64,000 bases of DNA, taken from contig OZ244617.1 in assembly GCA_965218305.1 (NCBI GenBank), positions 3,058,983 through 3,122,982 on the forward strand. The letters run 5' to 3'. Positions within the stretch are counted from its first letter, which is position 1. Each line of letters starts with the position of its first letter. This document shows positions 37,173 to 46,747 of this stretch, in pieces. The notes below the pieces were generated by a model. It had not been told where the DNA came from and ran no database searches. It saw only the letters and a program-made list of their open reading frames with translations. The position numbers and the translations under genes are program-made. This stretch comes from an uncultured Candidatus Binatia bacterium (lineage in GTDB: Bacteria > Desulfobacterota > Binatia > UBA9968 > JAJDTQ01).

Positions 37173-38801
37173 ATGTACCAGGACCTCAGGGAATACCTCG
37201 AAATCTTGGACCGGCAGGGCCTCCTGCTGCGCGTGGCCGCCCCGGTGGACAAGGACACGGAGCTGCATCCGCTGGTGCGCTGGCAGTTCCTTGGGCTGCC
37301 GGACCACGAACGGAAGGCGTTTCTCTTCGAGAACGTGAGAGACGCCAAGGGCCGGCGTTACGAGACCCCGGTGGTGCTGGGAGCGCTCGCGTCCAACGAG
37401 GCCATCTACGCCCTGGGCATGGGCTGCGAGCCCGGCAAGAGCTTCGAGAAGTGGTCCGCCGCGGTGGCCAGCCCGTTGGCGCCGGAGATGGTGGCTAGCG
37501 GCCCGGTCAAGGAAGAGGTCCACGTCGGCGACGGTCTCCTGGAGCACGGCGGCCTCGACGAGTTCCCGGTGCCCATCTCGACGCCGGGGTTCGACAACGG
37601 GCCCTACTTCACCGCCTGCCACTGGATCACCAAGGACCCGGAGACCGGCATTCGCAACGTCGGCAACTACCGCGGCCAGATCAAGTCCCCCACCAAGACC
37701 GGCGTCTACCTCATCAGCGCCCAGCAGGATCTGGCCATCCACTGGAACAAGGCCAACGCCCTGGGCCAACCGCTGCCCGCGGCCGGCGTCATCGGGGCGG
37801 TGCCCTGCCTCTCCTACGTGGCGGTGCAGAAGATCGCCTACGGGGTGGACGAGCTGGGCGTGGCCGGCGCCATCCTGGGGCGGCCCATGGAGCTCGTCAA
37901 GTGCGAGACCGTGGACCTGGAGGTGCCGGCCAACGCGGAGATCGTCATCGAGGGGTACATCCGCACGGACCTGCTCGAGCCCGAGGGGCCCTTCGGAGAG
38001 TCCCACGGGTACATGGACCCTCGCAGCCTCAGCCCGGTGTTCGAGGTGACCTGCATCACCCACCGGAAGAACCCCCACTACGTGGGCGTGCTGAGCCAGG
38101 TGACGCCGAGCGAGAGCAGCAAGATCAAGCACCGCGGCTGGGAGTCGCTGGTGCTGGACCACCTGCGCAATCACTGCAGTCTGAAGAGCGTGGTCCGGGT
38201 GGGCATGCACGAGCCGCTGGTGAACCTGCGCCAGTTCGTGGTGGTGCAGATGCGCAAGAGCCACAAGCTCGAGCCCTGGCAGGCGATGATGGCGGTGCTG
38301 GGCTTCCGCTACGACCTTGGCAAGGTGGTGATCGCGGTGGACGACGACATCGACCCCGAGAACCTCGCGGCGATCAACTGGGCCATCTGCCACCGCTCGC
38401 AGCCGCACAAGGACGTGCGCATCATCAAAGGCCGCCAGACGGTCCACTCGCCCATCAACCTGGTGCGCATGCACGGCCACGCCGGCGACTACGACAGCGA
38501 GGACTCGTCGCTGCTCATCGACGCCACCAAGAAAGCCGAGTTCCCGCCGGTGTCGTTGCCTACCCGGGAGTACATGGAGCGGGCGCGGAAGCTCTGGGAC
38601 GAACTGGGAATGCCGGAGCTCAAGTACGGCAACCCGTGGCACGGCTATTCGCTGGGGTTGTGGCCGCCGGAGCTCGATGAGGAGGCGGCCCTGGCGGTCA
38701 AGGGCGAGCACCATTCCATCGGCGCCAAGCTGGACCAGCGCGCCGTGCCGGTGGCGCGGGGCGAGCCACTGCAGGACGTGCAGAAGCGATGGAAGCCGTA
38801 A
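37173..38801 (+). CDS. UbiD-family (prFMN-dependent) decarboxylase
   Basis: 542 aa. MYQDLREYLEILDRQG N-terminus and typical UbiD blocks (GPYFTACHWITKDPETGIRNVGNYRGQ, ESHGYMD). No ubiX found in the window. Confidence 0.85.
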   Translation: MYQDLREYLEILDRQGLLLRVAAPVDKDTELHPLVRWQFLGLPDHERKAFLFENVRDAKGRRYETPVVLGALASNEAIYALGMGCEPGKSFEKWSAAVASPLAPEMVASGPVKEEVHVGDGLLEHGGLDEFPVPISTPGFDNGPYFTACHWITKDPETGIRNVGNYRGQIKSPTKTGVYLISAQQDLAIHWNKANALGQPLPAAGVIGAVPCLSYVAVQKIAYGVDELGVAGAILGRPMELVKCETVDLEVPANAEIVIEGYIRTDLLEPEGPFGESHGYMDPRSLSPVFEVTCITHRKNPHYVGVLSQVTPSESSKIKHRGWESLVLDHLRNHCSLKSVVRVGMHEPLVNLRQFVVVQMRKSHKLEPWQAMMAVLGFRYDLGKVVIAVDDDIDPENLAAINWAICHRSQPHKDVRIIKGRQTVHSPINLVRMHGHAGDYDSEDSSLLIDATKKAEFPPVSLPTREYMERARKLWDELGMPELKYGNPWHGYSLGLWPPELDEEAALAVKGEHHSIGAKLDQRAVPVARGEPLQDVQKRWKP

Positions 38802-38816
38802 AAGGCACTCCACGCA

Positions 38817-39566
38817 ATGGAGCTTGACGGCACCCTGGTCCTGGTGGCCGCGGCCATCTTCTTCGCGGGCTTCGTCAAGGGCGCCATCGGCATGGGATTC
38901 CCGCTCATCGCCACCCCCATGCTGACCCTGCTGCTCGACATCCGCATGGCCATCGTCGTGCTGGTGCTCCCCAGCGTGGTGATGGACCTGAGCCAGATCT
39001 TTCGGCACGGTGTCCCCACCGCCACCTTCCGGCGCTTCTCGTCCATGTTCCTGTTCGCCCTGGTGGGCGTGTTCCTCGGCACGTGGGAACTGACCCAGCT
39101 CCCTCTGTGGGTGCTGAACCTCATCCTGGGAACCGTGGTCATTCTCTTCGCGGCGTCGGGACTGTTCTCGTTGACGCTCACCACGTCGCCACGGGCGGAG
39201 CCGCTGATGTCCCCGGTCATGGGATTCGCCGGCGGTTTCTTCCTGGGGTTGACCAACACCATGGGTCCGGTCATGGCGCTCTATCTCCACGGCCTCAGGC
39301 TCGACAAGGCCGGGTTCGTGAAGGCCATCTCCACCGCCTTCATCATGGCCAAGTTCTGGCAGATCGTCGCCATCTCCACCTGGGGGCTGTTCACCGCCGA
39401 GGCCATGAAGCTCTCGCTGTTCGTCACGGCGTTCATTCTCGTGAGCTTCTACCTGGGCCTGAAGGCGCAGGACCGGGTTCGCCAGCAGACGTTCAACCGC
39501 GCCATCCTCGTGCTGCTGATCTGCACCGGGCTGATGCTGGTCTACCGCGCCCTGAACGCGGCGTAG
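38817..39566 (+). CDS. TSUP-family (TauE/SafE) sulfite/anion exporter
   Basis: 249-aa polytopic protein with the two-repeat architecture GFVKGAIGMGFPLIATPML...GFAGGFFLGLTNTMGPV. Confidence 0.8.
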   Translation: MELDGTLVLVAAAIFFAGFVKGAIGMGFPLIATPMLTLLLDIRMAIVVLVLPSVVMDLSQIFRHGVPTATFRRFSSMFLFALVGVFLGTWELTQLPLWVLNLILGTVVILFAASGLFSLTLTTSPRAEPLMSPVMGFAGGFFLGLTNTMGPVMALYLHGLRLDKAGFVKAISTAFIMAKFWQIVAISTWGLFTAEAMKLSLFVTAFILVSFYLGLKAQDRVRQQTFNRAILVLLICTGLMLVYRALNAA

Positions 39567-39716
39567 CGCCCGACCCGTTCGCCGGTTTGCCGTTCTTTTC
39601 CCGCCGGCAAGGCGCCCGCCCGTGACATCTCTGCTCGCTATCTGCTATTGAGATTCCTCGAAGACTGGCGTCCCAATCGATCCGGAGCTGAACAGACTGC
39701 AACGGACACAGGACTC

Positions 39717-41162
39717 ATGCAGGCTTCCGACTACGACGTCATCGTCATCGGCAGTGGGCCCGCGGGCTATACCGCCGCCATTCAGGCGTGCGAGCTCGGC
39801 GCCAGGGTGGCGATCCTGGAGCGGCAGGAAGCCCTCGGCGGGATCACCCTCCTTTCGGGCACCATACCCAGCAAGACCTTGCGCGAGGCCATCCTCTACC
39901 TGCGGGGGGTGCGCCAGCGCCCGTTCTACGGCACCGACTTCACCGAAAGGAAAGACATCACCCTGTCCGATCTGTTCGTCCGGGTGCGGAAGGTGGTGGA
40001 ACGGCGGATCGCGACAATGGAGGACCATCTGCAGGTCTACCGCGACCGGAATCAGATCGACGTCTTTCGCGGCTATCACGCGACCGTGGACGGCCCCAAC
40101 TCCGTGCACGCGTGGGTGCTCAAGAATCCCATGGAATCCGTCACCCTGAAGGCGGAAAAGATCATCATCGCCGCGGGATCGAGGCCCCGCTTCCTACCGG
40201 ACATTCCGGTGGACAACGAGGTCATCTTCGATTCCGACTCCGTGTTCACCCTGGAGCTCAAGCGCGAGGCGTTGCCGGAATCGCTGATCGTCGTCGGCGC
40301 CGGGGTCATCGGCGCGGAGTACGGTTCGGCCTTCGCGGTTCTGGGTTGCAAGGTGTCGCTCATCCAGCGGGACCATACGTTCCTGACCTTCGCCGAGCGT
40401 CCTATCGTCGATATGCTCATCCGGCACATGGAGGACTACGGCGTGGAGTTCGTCTGGGGTACCTGGTACGACAAGATCGAGCGGATCTCCGGGTCGGAGG
40501 AAGACAAGGCGCGGGTCGTTCTCACCGACGGCCGGGTGCTGGAGGCCGACGCGGTGATCGTGGCCAGCGGCCGCGAGGTGGCTTCCAAGGTTCTCGGGCT
40601 GGAGGACGTGGGGGTGGAGGTCACCGAGCACGGCCTGCTCAAGGTCAACGAGCTGTTCCAGACCTCGGTGCCGAGCATCTATGCCGCCGGCGACGTCATC
40701 GGCTTCCCGGCGCTGGCCTCCACCAGCAGCGAGCAGGGCCGCATGGCCGCCAGCTACGCCCTGGGGCGCCGGGCCGGCGGGCGCAGGACGCTGTTCCCCA
40801 TGTGCGTCTACACCATCCCCGAGATCGCCATGGTCGGCTATACGCAGCAGGAGCTGGACGCCAAGGGCATCCCCTACGCCAAGGGCGTGGCCACCTACGA
40901 GGAGGTCACCAAGGCCGGCATCATCGGCGACCCCCACGGCATGCTGACGCTGTTGTTCGAACCCAACGGCTGGCACCTGCTGGGCGTGCACATCATCGGC
41001 GACCAGGCCTGCGAGCTGATCCACATCGGGCAGGCGGTGCTGAGCTACAACGGCACCATCGACTACTTCATCGACAACGTCTTCAATTTCCCCACCATGG
41101 GGGAGGCCTACAAAATCGCGGCCCTCAACGGGGTAAAGCAGCTTGGCGGGACCGGGTCGTGA
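39717..41162 (+). CDS. Pyridine nucleotide-disulfide oxidoreductase, soluble transhydrogenase (SthA)-like flavoprotein
   Basis: FAD motif YDVIVIGSGPAGY, then GGITLLSGTIPSK without the redox CxxxxC pair. NAD motif VVGAGVIGAEYGSAF. C-terminal dimerisation domain. Confidence 0.7.
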   Translation: MQASDYDVIVIGSGPAGYTAAIQACELGARVAILERQEALGGITLLSGTIPSKTLREAILYLRGVRQRPFYGTDFTERKDITLSDLFVRVRKVVERRIATMEDHLQVYRDRNQIDVFRGYHATVDGPNSVHAWVLKNPMESVTLKAEKIIIAAGSRPRFLPDIPVDNEVIFDSDSVFTLELKREALPESLIVVGAGVIGAEYGSAFAVLGCKVSLIQRDHTFLTFAERPIVDMLIRHMEDYGVEFVWGTWYDKIERISGSEEDKARVVLTDGRVLEADAVIVASGREVASKVLGLEDVGVEVTEHGLLKVNELFQTSVPSIYAAGDVIGFPALASTSSEQGRMAASYALGRRAGGRRTLFPMCVYTIPEIAMVGYTQQELDAKGIPYAKGVATYEEVTKAGIIGDPHGMLTLLFEPNGWHLLGVHIIGDQACELIHIGQAVLSYNGTIDYFIDNVFNFPTMGEAYKIAALNGVKQLGGTGS

Positions 41163-41363
41163 CGAGGGGATGGCAGCTACCCTTTCGTACCTTTTGATAC
41201 GGAAAGGCGAAATGGTGCATAGGCATGGGGACAGGCGAACCGCCGAGGCTTGTCACACCGTCAACCAGGCCCTGCTTTCGTGTCCCGCAAGGGGGCTGTT
41301 TTTCTTGCAATAGGGAGTTGTTCTTGGGTAACGTTTGAGTCAACGATTTCAAAGGAGAAAGCC

Positions 41364-42554
41364 ATGAGAAAGCTGATTGTTGGCATCCTGTTTGTCGTCG
41401 TTTCGATGTACGCTGGCGCGGCCTTTGCGGCCGACGTCAAGCTGGGTGTGGTGCTGGGGTACACCGGACCCATCGAGTCGCTGACCCCCGCCATGGCGGC
41501 CGGAGCGGAGCTTGCGATGAAGGAGGTCAGTGACAGCGGCGCGTTGCTTGGCGGCACGAAGGTCGTCTCCGTGCGCGCCGATTCCACCTGCGGTGACGCC
41601 TCAGCCGGATCCGCGGCGACCGAGCGGATCGTGACCTCGGACAAGGTGAACGCCATCGTAGGCGGCGACTGTTCGGGCGTGACCACCGCCATGCTCAAGA
41701 ACGTGGCCAAGCCCAACGGCATCGTGATGATCTCGCCGTCGGCCACATCGCCGTCCCTGTCCATGATCGAGGACAACGGCCTCTTCTTCCGGACCGCGCC
41801 GTCCGACGCCCGCCAGGGCGCGATCGTCGCCGACATCCTGAAGGAGATGGGGGTCAAGGAGGCCGCGCTGACCTACACCAACAACGACTACGGCAAGGGT
41901 CTGGCGGACAGCATTGCCGCGAATGTGAAGAAGAGCGGCGGCAAGATCACGATCTCCACCCCCCATGAGGACGGCAAGGGCGATTACAGCGCCGAGGTGG
42001 CGGCGCTGGCCGCCGCGGGCGGCGATATCCTGATCGTGGCCGGCTATCTCGACCAGGGCGGCAAGGGCATCATACAGGGCGCCCTCGACACCGGCGCCTT
42101 CGACAAGTTCTACCTGCCCGACGGCATGATCGGCGATGCCATTGTGAAAGCCATCGGCAAGGGCCTCGAAGGCGCCATCGGCGCCCATCCCGGGACCGAC
42201 AGTCCCGGGGCGGCCAAGTTCGCGAAGATCGCCGGTGCGGCGAAGGTCAAGGCGGATAGCCCTTTCGTGCCGGAGTCGTATGACGCAGCCGCCTTGATCA
42301 TGCTGGCCATGCAGGCGGCCAAGTCGGCCGAGAGCGGCAAGCTCAAGGACAAGGTCATGGCGGTCGCCAACGCGCCAGGCGAGAAGATCTATCCGGGAGA
42401 GCTCGCCAAGGGGCTCAAGATCCTCGCGGGCGGCGGCGAGGTGGACTATGTCGGAGCTTCGGCGGTGGAGTTGATCGGGCCGGGCGAGAGCGCCGGCAAT
42501 TACCGGGAGATCGTGATCAAGGGCGGCAAGATCGAGACCGTCCGGTACCGGTAG
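41364..42554 (+). CDS. Branched-chain amino acid ABC transporter substrate-binding protein (Peripla_BP_6/LivK family)
   Basis: Signal peptide MRKLIVGILFVVVSMYAGAAFA and an AAAGGAG RBS. Type I periplasmic binding fold. Confidence 0.8.
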   Translation: MRKLIVGILFVVVSMYAGAAFAADVKLGVVLGYTGPIESLTPAMAAGAELAMKEVSDSGALLGGTKVVSVRADSTCGDASAGSAATERIVTSDKVNAIVGGDCSGVTTAMLKNVAKPNGIVMISPSATSPSLSMIEDNGLFFRTAPSDARQGAIVADILKEMGVKEAALTYTNNDYGKGLADSIAANVKKSGGKITISTPHEDGKGDYSAEVAALAAAGGDILIVAGYLDQGGKGIIQGALDTGAFDKFYLPDGMIGDAIVKAIGKGLEGAIGAHPGTDSPGAAKFAKIAGAAKVKADSPFVPESYDAAALIMLAMQAAKSAESGKLKDKVMAVANAPGEKIYPGELAKGLKILAGGGEVDYVGASAVELIGPGESAGNYREIVIKGGKIETVRYR

Positions 42555-42599
42555 CGTTCTCTTTCCCGCCGGGGCCGGGGGCTTGCCGGCGCCGGCGCG

Positions 42600-42650
42600 C
42601 GACGCCGTAGGGGCGACCGGCCGGTCGCCCCTACCCAGGCCTGCCCGCGC
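42600..42650 (+). promoter_or_regulatory. Intercistronic GC-rich stem-loops between binding-protein and ATPase genes (GGGGCGACCGGCCGGTCGCCCC perfect palindrome; GCCTGCCCGCGCAGGC)
   Basis: 22-bp perfect palindrome at ~42605-42630 and a second hairpin ~42638-42653. No T-run follows, so this is probably an mRNA-stabilising or attenuating structure. Confidence 0.35.
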
Positions 42651-42713
42651 AGGCAAATCGCGGCGAGGGGCAGGCACCCGGCAGGCTCCCAGGATAGCGT
42701 TCGGTTCGCGTCG

Positions 42714-43496
42714 ATGATCGCCGTAGAAAACCTGCACATGCACTTCGGCGGCATCCGGGCCGTCGACGGCGCCTCTCTGACCATCGAGCGAGGCGCCATC
42801 ACCGGGCTCATCGGCCCCAACGGCGCCGGCAAAACCACCCTCTTCAACGTCATCACCGGCGTCCACAAGCCAACCTCCGGAAAGGTCTACCTTGACGGCG
42901 AAGACGTCACCGGGCTCACGCCCCACGAGCTCTTCGCCAAGGGAATGCTGCGCACCTTCCAGATCGCTCATGAGTTCTCCACACTGACGGTCCGGGAAAA
43001 CCTCATGACCGTGCCCGCCGGCCAGTCCGGCGAAAGCCTCCTGGACGTGTGGTTCCGGCCCGGGAAGATCCGTGCGCAGGAGGCCGCCATTCGCGCCCGC
43101 GCCGACGAGGTCATCGAGTTCCTGAAGCTCGAGCCGGTGGCGGGGGAGCTGGCCGGGAACCTCTCGGGCGGGCAGAAGAAACTCCTGGAGCTGGGCCGTA
43201 CCATGATGGCGGAGCCTCGGGTGGTGCTGCTCGACGAGGTGGGCGCGGGCGTCAACCGCACCCTGCTCAAGGACATCGCCGGCGCCATCCTGCGCCTCAA
43301 CCTTCACCACGGCTACACCTTCTGCATCATCGAGCACGACATGGAGCTGATCTCGCTCCTGTGCGATCCGGTCATCGTCATGACCAACGGAACTGTGCTG
43401 ACACAGGGGCCTGCGCCCGTGGTGCAATCCGACGAGAGGGTCATCGAGGCCTACCTCGGCCGCGGGCTCGTGACCCGCCAGGAGCGGACGTCGTGA
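42714..43496 (+). CDS. Branched-chain amino acid ABC transporter ATP-binding protein (LivG-like)
   Basis: Walker A GPNGAGKTT, signature LSGGQKK and Walker B VVLLDE. The C-terminal extension is typical of LivG. Confidence 0.85.
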   Translation: MIAVENLHMHFGGIRAVDGASLTIERGAITGLIGPNGAGKTTLFNVITGVHKPTSGKVYLDGEDVTGLTPHELFAKGMLRTFQIAHEFSTLTVRENLMTVPAGQSGESLLDVWFRPGKIRAQEAAIRARADEVIEFLKLEPVAGELAGNLSGGQKKLLELGRTMMAEPRVVLLDEVGAGVNRTLLKDIAGAILRLNLHHGYTFCIIEHDMELISLLCDPVIVMTNGTVLTQGPAPVVQSDERVIEAYLGRGLVTRQERTS

Positions 43497-44197
43497 GCCT
43501 GCTGGTGGGCGAAGATCTGACCGGGGGCTACGGCGGCCCCGATATACTGCAAGGTTGCGCCATCGCCGCGGAGCGCGGGGAGATCACCGTGGTGGTGGGC
43601 CCCAACGGCGCCGGCAAGTCGACGGCCATGCGGGCGCTTTTCGGCATGCTGGCGCTTCGATCGGGCACGGTGCACCTGGACGGCGAGGACATCACTCCTC
43701 TGGCGCCCCAGGCGCGGGCCCACAAGGGCATGGGGTTCGTGCCGCAGACGGACAATGTGTTCCGCTCCATGACAGTCCAGGAAAACCTGGAGATGGGAGC
43801 GTTCGTACGAGACGACGACATCTCGGATACACTGGATGAAGTCTACGGACTGTTTCCGGCGCTCAGGGACAAGCGCCGGCAGCCGGCCGGCGAGCTGTCC
43901 GGCGGCCAGCGCCAGCAGGTGGCCATCGGCCGGGCGCTGATGAACCGGCCCCGGGTGCTCATGCTCGACGAGCCCACGGCCGGGGTGTCGCCCATCGTTA
44001 CCCACGAGTTGTTCGAGCGCATTGTCGACATTGCCCGGAGCGGCGTGGCCGTGCTCATCGTGGAGCAGAACGCGCGGCAGGCCCTGGAGCTGGCGGACAA
44101 GGGCTACGTGCTGGTGCAGGGCCGCAACCGCTTTACCGGGACCGGGGAAGTGCTGCTGGCCAACCCGGAGGTCCGGAAGTCATTTCTCGGAGGTTGA
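43493..44197 (+). CDS. Branched-chain amino acid ABC transporter ATP-binding protein (LivF-like)
   Basis: GTG start overlapping the livG stop (GTGA). Walker A GPNGAGKST and signature LSGGQRQ. Confidence 0.8.
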   Translation: MSLLVGEDLTGGYGGPDILQGCAIAAERGEITVVVGPNGAGKSTAMRALFGMLALRSGTVHLDGEDITPLAPQARAHKGMGFVPQTDNVFRSMTVQENLEMGAFVRDDDISDTLDEVYGLFPALRDKRRQPAGELSGGQRQQVAIGRALMNRPRVLMLDEPTAGVSPIVTHELFERIVDIARSGVAVLIVEQNARQALELADKGYVLVQGRNRFTGTGEVLLANPEVRKSFLGG

Positions 44198-44200
44198 CCG

Positions 44201-45214
44201 TTGGAAGACGTCGTCAACGCGGTGGTGCTCCTCACCAATTTCCTGGTGGTTCCCGCCACCGCCTACGGCTGCCAGCTCGCCCTCGGCGCCCTGGGCGTCA
44301 CGCTGGTGTATGGCGTCCTGCGCTTCTCCAATTTCGCCCACGGCGAGATCATGGCGTTCGGCACCATGGCCGCCGTCCTGTTCACCTGGCTCCTGCAGTC
44401 CTGGGGCGTGGACCTCGGCCCGCTGCCGACGGCGTTGCTGGCGCTGCCCGCGGCGATGGCGGTCACCGCGGGCCTCTGTCTCCTGACGGACCGCTGGGTG
44501 TTCCGGTTCTACCGTAGAACCAAGGCGCCGCCGGTGATCTTTCTGGTGGTGTCCGTCGGAGTCATGTTCGTCATCAACGGGCTCATACGCTTCGTCATCG
44601 GGCCGGCCGACCGGGTCTTCACGGACGGTACCCGCTTCCTGCTCACGGTGCGGGAGTTCAAGGCCTTCACGGGGTTGTCCGAGGGGCTTGCGATCAAGAC
44701 CACCCAGACCCTGAGCTTCGTGGTGGCGGTGGTCCTGGTGGCCGCGCTCTTCTGGTTCCTCGAAAGGACCCGCACGGGCAAGTCCATGCGCGCCTTTTCG
44801 GACAACGAGGACTTGGCCCTGCTGTCCGGAATCAGCCCGGAACGGGTGGTGGCGGTCACCTGGCTGATCGTCGGCTGTCTCGCGGCCGTGGCGGGAACGC
44901 TTTACGGCCTCGACAAGAGCTTCAAACCGTTCACCTATCTGTCCCTGCTCCTGCCCATCTTCGCCGCCGCCATCGTGGGCGGCCTCGGCAATCCACTGGG
45001 GGCCATCGTCGGCGGTTTCGTCATCGCCTTCTCCGAGGTGTTTCTCACGTATCCCTACCGGAAGTTCCTGGCCTATCTGGGACCGGAGGGCTGGCGGCCG
45101 GACGGTCTGGTGCAGTTTCTTTCCACGGACTACAAGTTCGCCGTCTCGTTCTTCATCCTGGTTGTCGTGCTGCTGGTGAAACCCACCGGAGTCTTCAGCG
45201 GGAGATCGTCATGA
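44201..45214 (+). CDS. Branched-chain amino acid ABC transporter permease (LivH-like)
   Basis: 337-aa polytopic protein with the LivH family pattern. Confidence 0.8.
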   Translation: MEDVVNAVVLLTNFLVVPATAYGCQLALGALGVTLVYGVLRFSNFAHGEIMAFGTMAAVLFTWLLQSWGVDLGPLPTALLALPAAMAVTAGLCLLTDRWVFRFYRRTKAPPVIFLVVSVGVMFVINGLIRFVIGPADRVFTDGTRFLLTVREFKAFTGLSEGLAIKTTQTLSFVVAVVLVAALFWFLERTRTGKSMRAFSDNEDLALLSGISPERVVAVTWLIVGCLAAVAGTLYGLDKSFKPFTYLSLLLPIFAAAIVGGLGNPLGAIVGGFVIAFSEVFLTYPYRKFLAYLGPEGWRPDGLVQFLSTDYKFAVSFFILVVVLLVKPTGVFSGRSS

Positions 45215-46563
45215 GCGATGCTCCCGCGCCCTTTGCCGCGCGCATCGGCCAAGTGCTGCGGGCTCCCCGCAAGACTGTGCTGTTGGGCGCCATGGCGGCG
45301 CTCATCTGCCTGGTGGGTATGGCCCAGAGCTGGCCTCTGGCGCTGGCGATCCTCAACCTGTGCCTGATCTCGGCCATCATGACCCTGGGGATCAACATCC
45401 AATGGGGTTACGCCGGCCTTTTCAACGCCGGGGTCATGGGCTTCGCCGCCCTGGGCGGGCTGGCAGGCGTGCTGGTCTCCATGCCTCCGGTGAGCCCGGC
45501 CTGGCAGACGGGTGGCGCGGGCGTGGTGCTGGCCCTGGCGACGGCGGTGATCACCATCGTGGCGGCGGTGCTCGTCCACCGCCGGATCCGCCACCCGGGT
45601 TACCGGAAGCTGGCGGTGGCATTGGTCGTCATCGCCGGTTACTTCGCGGCCCGGGCGCTGTTCGAGCCCGCGGTGCGCGCCATCGAGGCGGTGGAGCCTT
45701 CCAGGACCGGCTACCTCGGCGGCTTCGGTCTTCCCGTGGTCCTTTCCTGGTTCGTGGGCGGTGCGCTGGCCGCGGGCGCTGCCTGGGCCGCCGGCAAGAT
45801 CAGCCTCGGCCTGCGCGCCGACTATCTCGCCATCGCCACCCTGGGCATTTCCGAGATCATCGTCGCTTTCCTCAAGTACGAGGAGTGGCTCGCCCGTGGG
45901 GTCAAGAACGTCACCGGTCTGCCCCGTCCGGTGCCCTACGAGGTGGACCTGCAAAACGCCGTGTGGTTCCGGCAGTGGGCCGAGAGCCTCGGGGTGTCGC
46001 AGGTGGAGCTGTCCTCCATCGTGGTGAAGCTCTGCTACGCGGGTCTTTTCGCCCTCGTGCTCGTGGTCCTGATGTGGCTCTCCGAAACGGCGTTGCGGGC
46101 GCCCTGGGGACGGATGCTACGGGCCATCCGGGACAACGAGACCGCGGCCGAGGCCATGGGCAAGGACGTCACCGCACGGCACCTGCAGGTCTTCGTCCTC
46201 GGCTCGGCGGTGGTCGGCATCGCCGGCGCCATGCTGGTGACCCTGGACGGGCAGTTCACCCCCAACACCTATCATCCGCTGCGTTTCACCTTCCTCATCT
46301 GGGTCATGGTCATCGTCGGCGGCTCCGGCAACAACTGGGGCGCCGTGCTGGGCGGCTTCCTGGTCTGGTACGTCTGGGTGGAAGCCGAGCCCGTGGGCCT
46401 GTGGCTGATGGAGCTCATCACCTCCCCCCTGTCCCCGGACAACCCCGTCAGGAACCACCTCATGGACAGCGCCGCCCACATGCGCCTGGTGGTCATGGGG
46501 ATGGTGCTGTTGCTTGTCCTGCGCTTCGCGCCCCGCGGTTTGATACCGGAAGAACGGCGTTAG
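45211..46563 (+). CDS. Branched-chain amino acid ABC transporter permease (LivM-like)
   Basis: 450-aa polytopic protein. ATGA overlap with the upstream permease gene. Confidence 0.8.
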   Translation: MSDAPAPFAARIGQVLRAPRKTVLLGAMAALICLVGMAQSWPLALAILNLCLISAIMTLGINIQWGYAGLFNAGVMGFAALGGLAGVLVSMPPVSPAWQTGGAGVVLALATAVITIVAAVLVHRRIRHPGYRKLAVALVVIAGYFAARALFEPAVRAIEAVEPSRTGYLGGFGLPVVLSWFVGGALAAGAAWAAGKISLGLRADYLAIATLGISEIIVAFLKYEEWLARGVKNVTGLPRPVPYEVDLQNAVWFRQWAESLGVSQVELSSIVVKLCYAGLFALVLVVLMWLSETALRAPWGRMLRAIRDNETAAEAMGKDVTARHLQVFVLGSAVVGIAGAMLVTLDGQFTPNTYHPLRFTFLIWVMVIVGGSGNNWGAVLGGFLVWYVWVEAEPVGLWLMELITSPLSPDNPVRNHLMDSAAHMRLVVMGMVLLLVLRFAPRGLIPEERR

Positions 46564-46603
46564 CCCGCATATTTCCGAAACCGCGCCTCGGCGCAAAAAA
46601 TTC

Positions 46604-46632
46604 TTGACGCCATGGCCGTGGTGTCGTATACG
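46604..46632 (+). promoter_or_regulatory. Putative sigma70 promoter (TTGACG-N17-TATACG) followed by ~110-nt AT-rich leader
   Basis: TTGACG at 46604-46609 and TATACG at 46627-46632. An unusually AT-rich 5' leader follows, up to the GGAAGGAGG RBS at ~46735. Confidence 0.4.
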
Positions 46633-46747
46633 TTCAGAAATAAAGGAGTATTAGAGTTAGGAACTTAGTTATTCTTAAAAGTTATTGTGCACGTGGCCGA
46701 ACAGTGGTAGGATTTTTTAATCTCAGAACCAGCGGAAGGAGGCAGCC

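Noticed and set aside
37134-39290. 718-aa minus-strand ORF opposite the UbiD and TauE genes
   Set aside because: Antisense artefact. The His/Gly/Arg-rich translation has no domain, whereas the sense strand encodes clear UbiD and TauE proteins.
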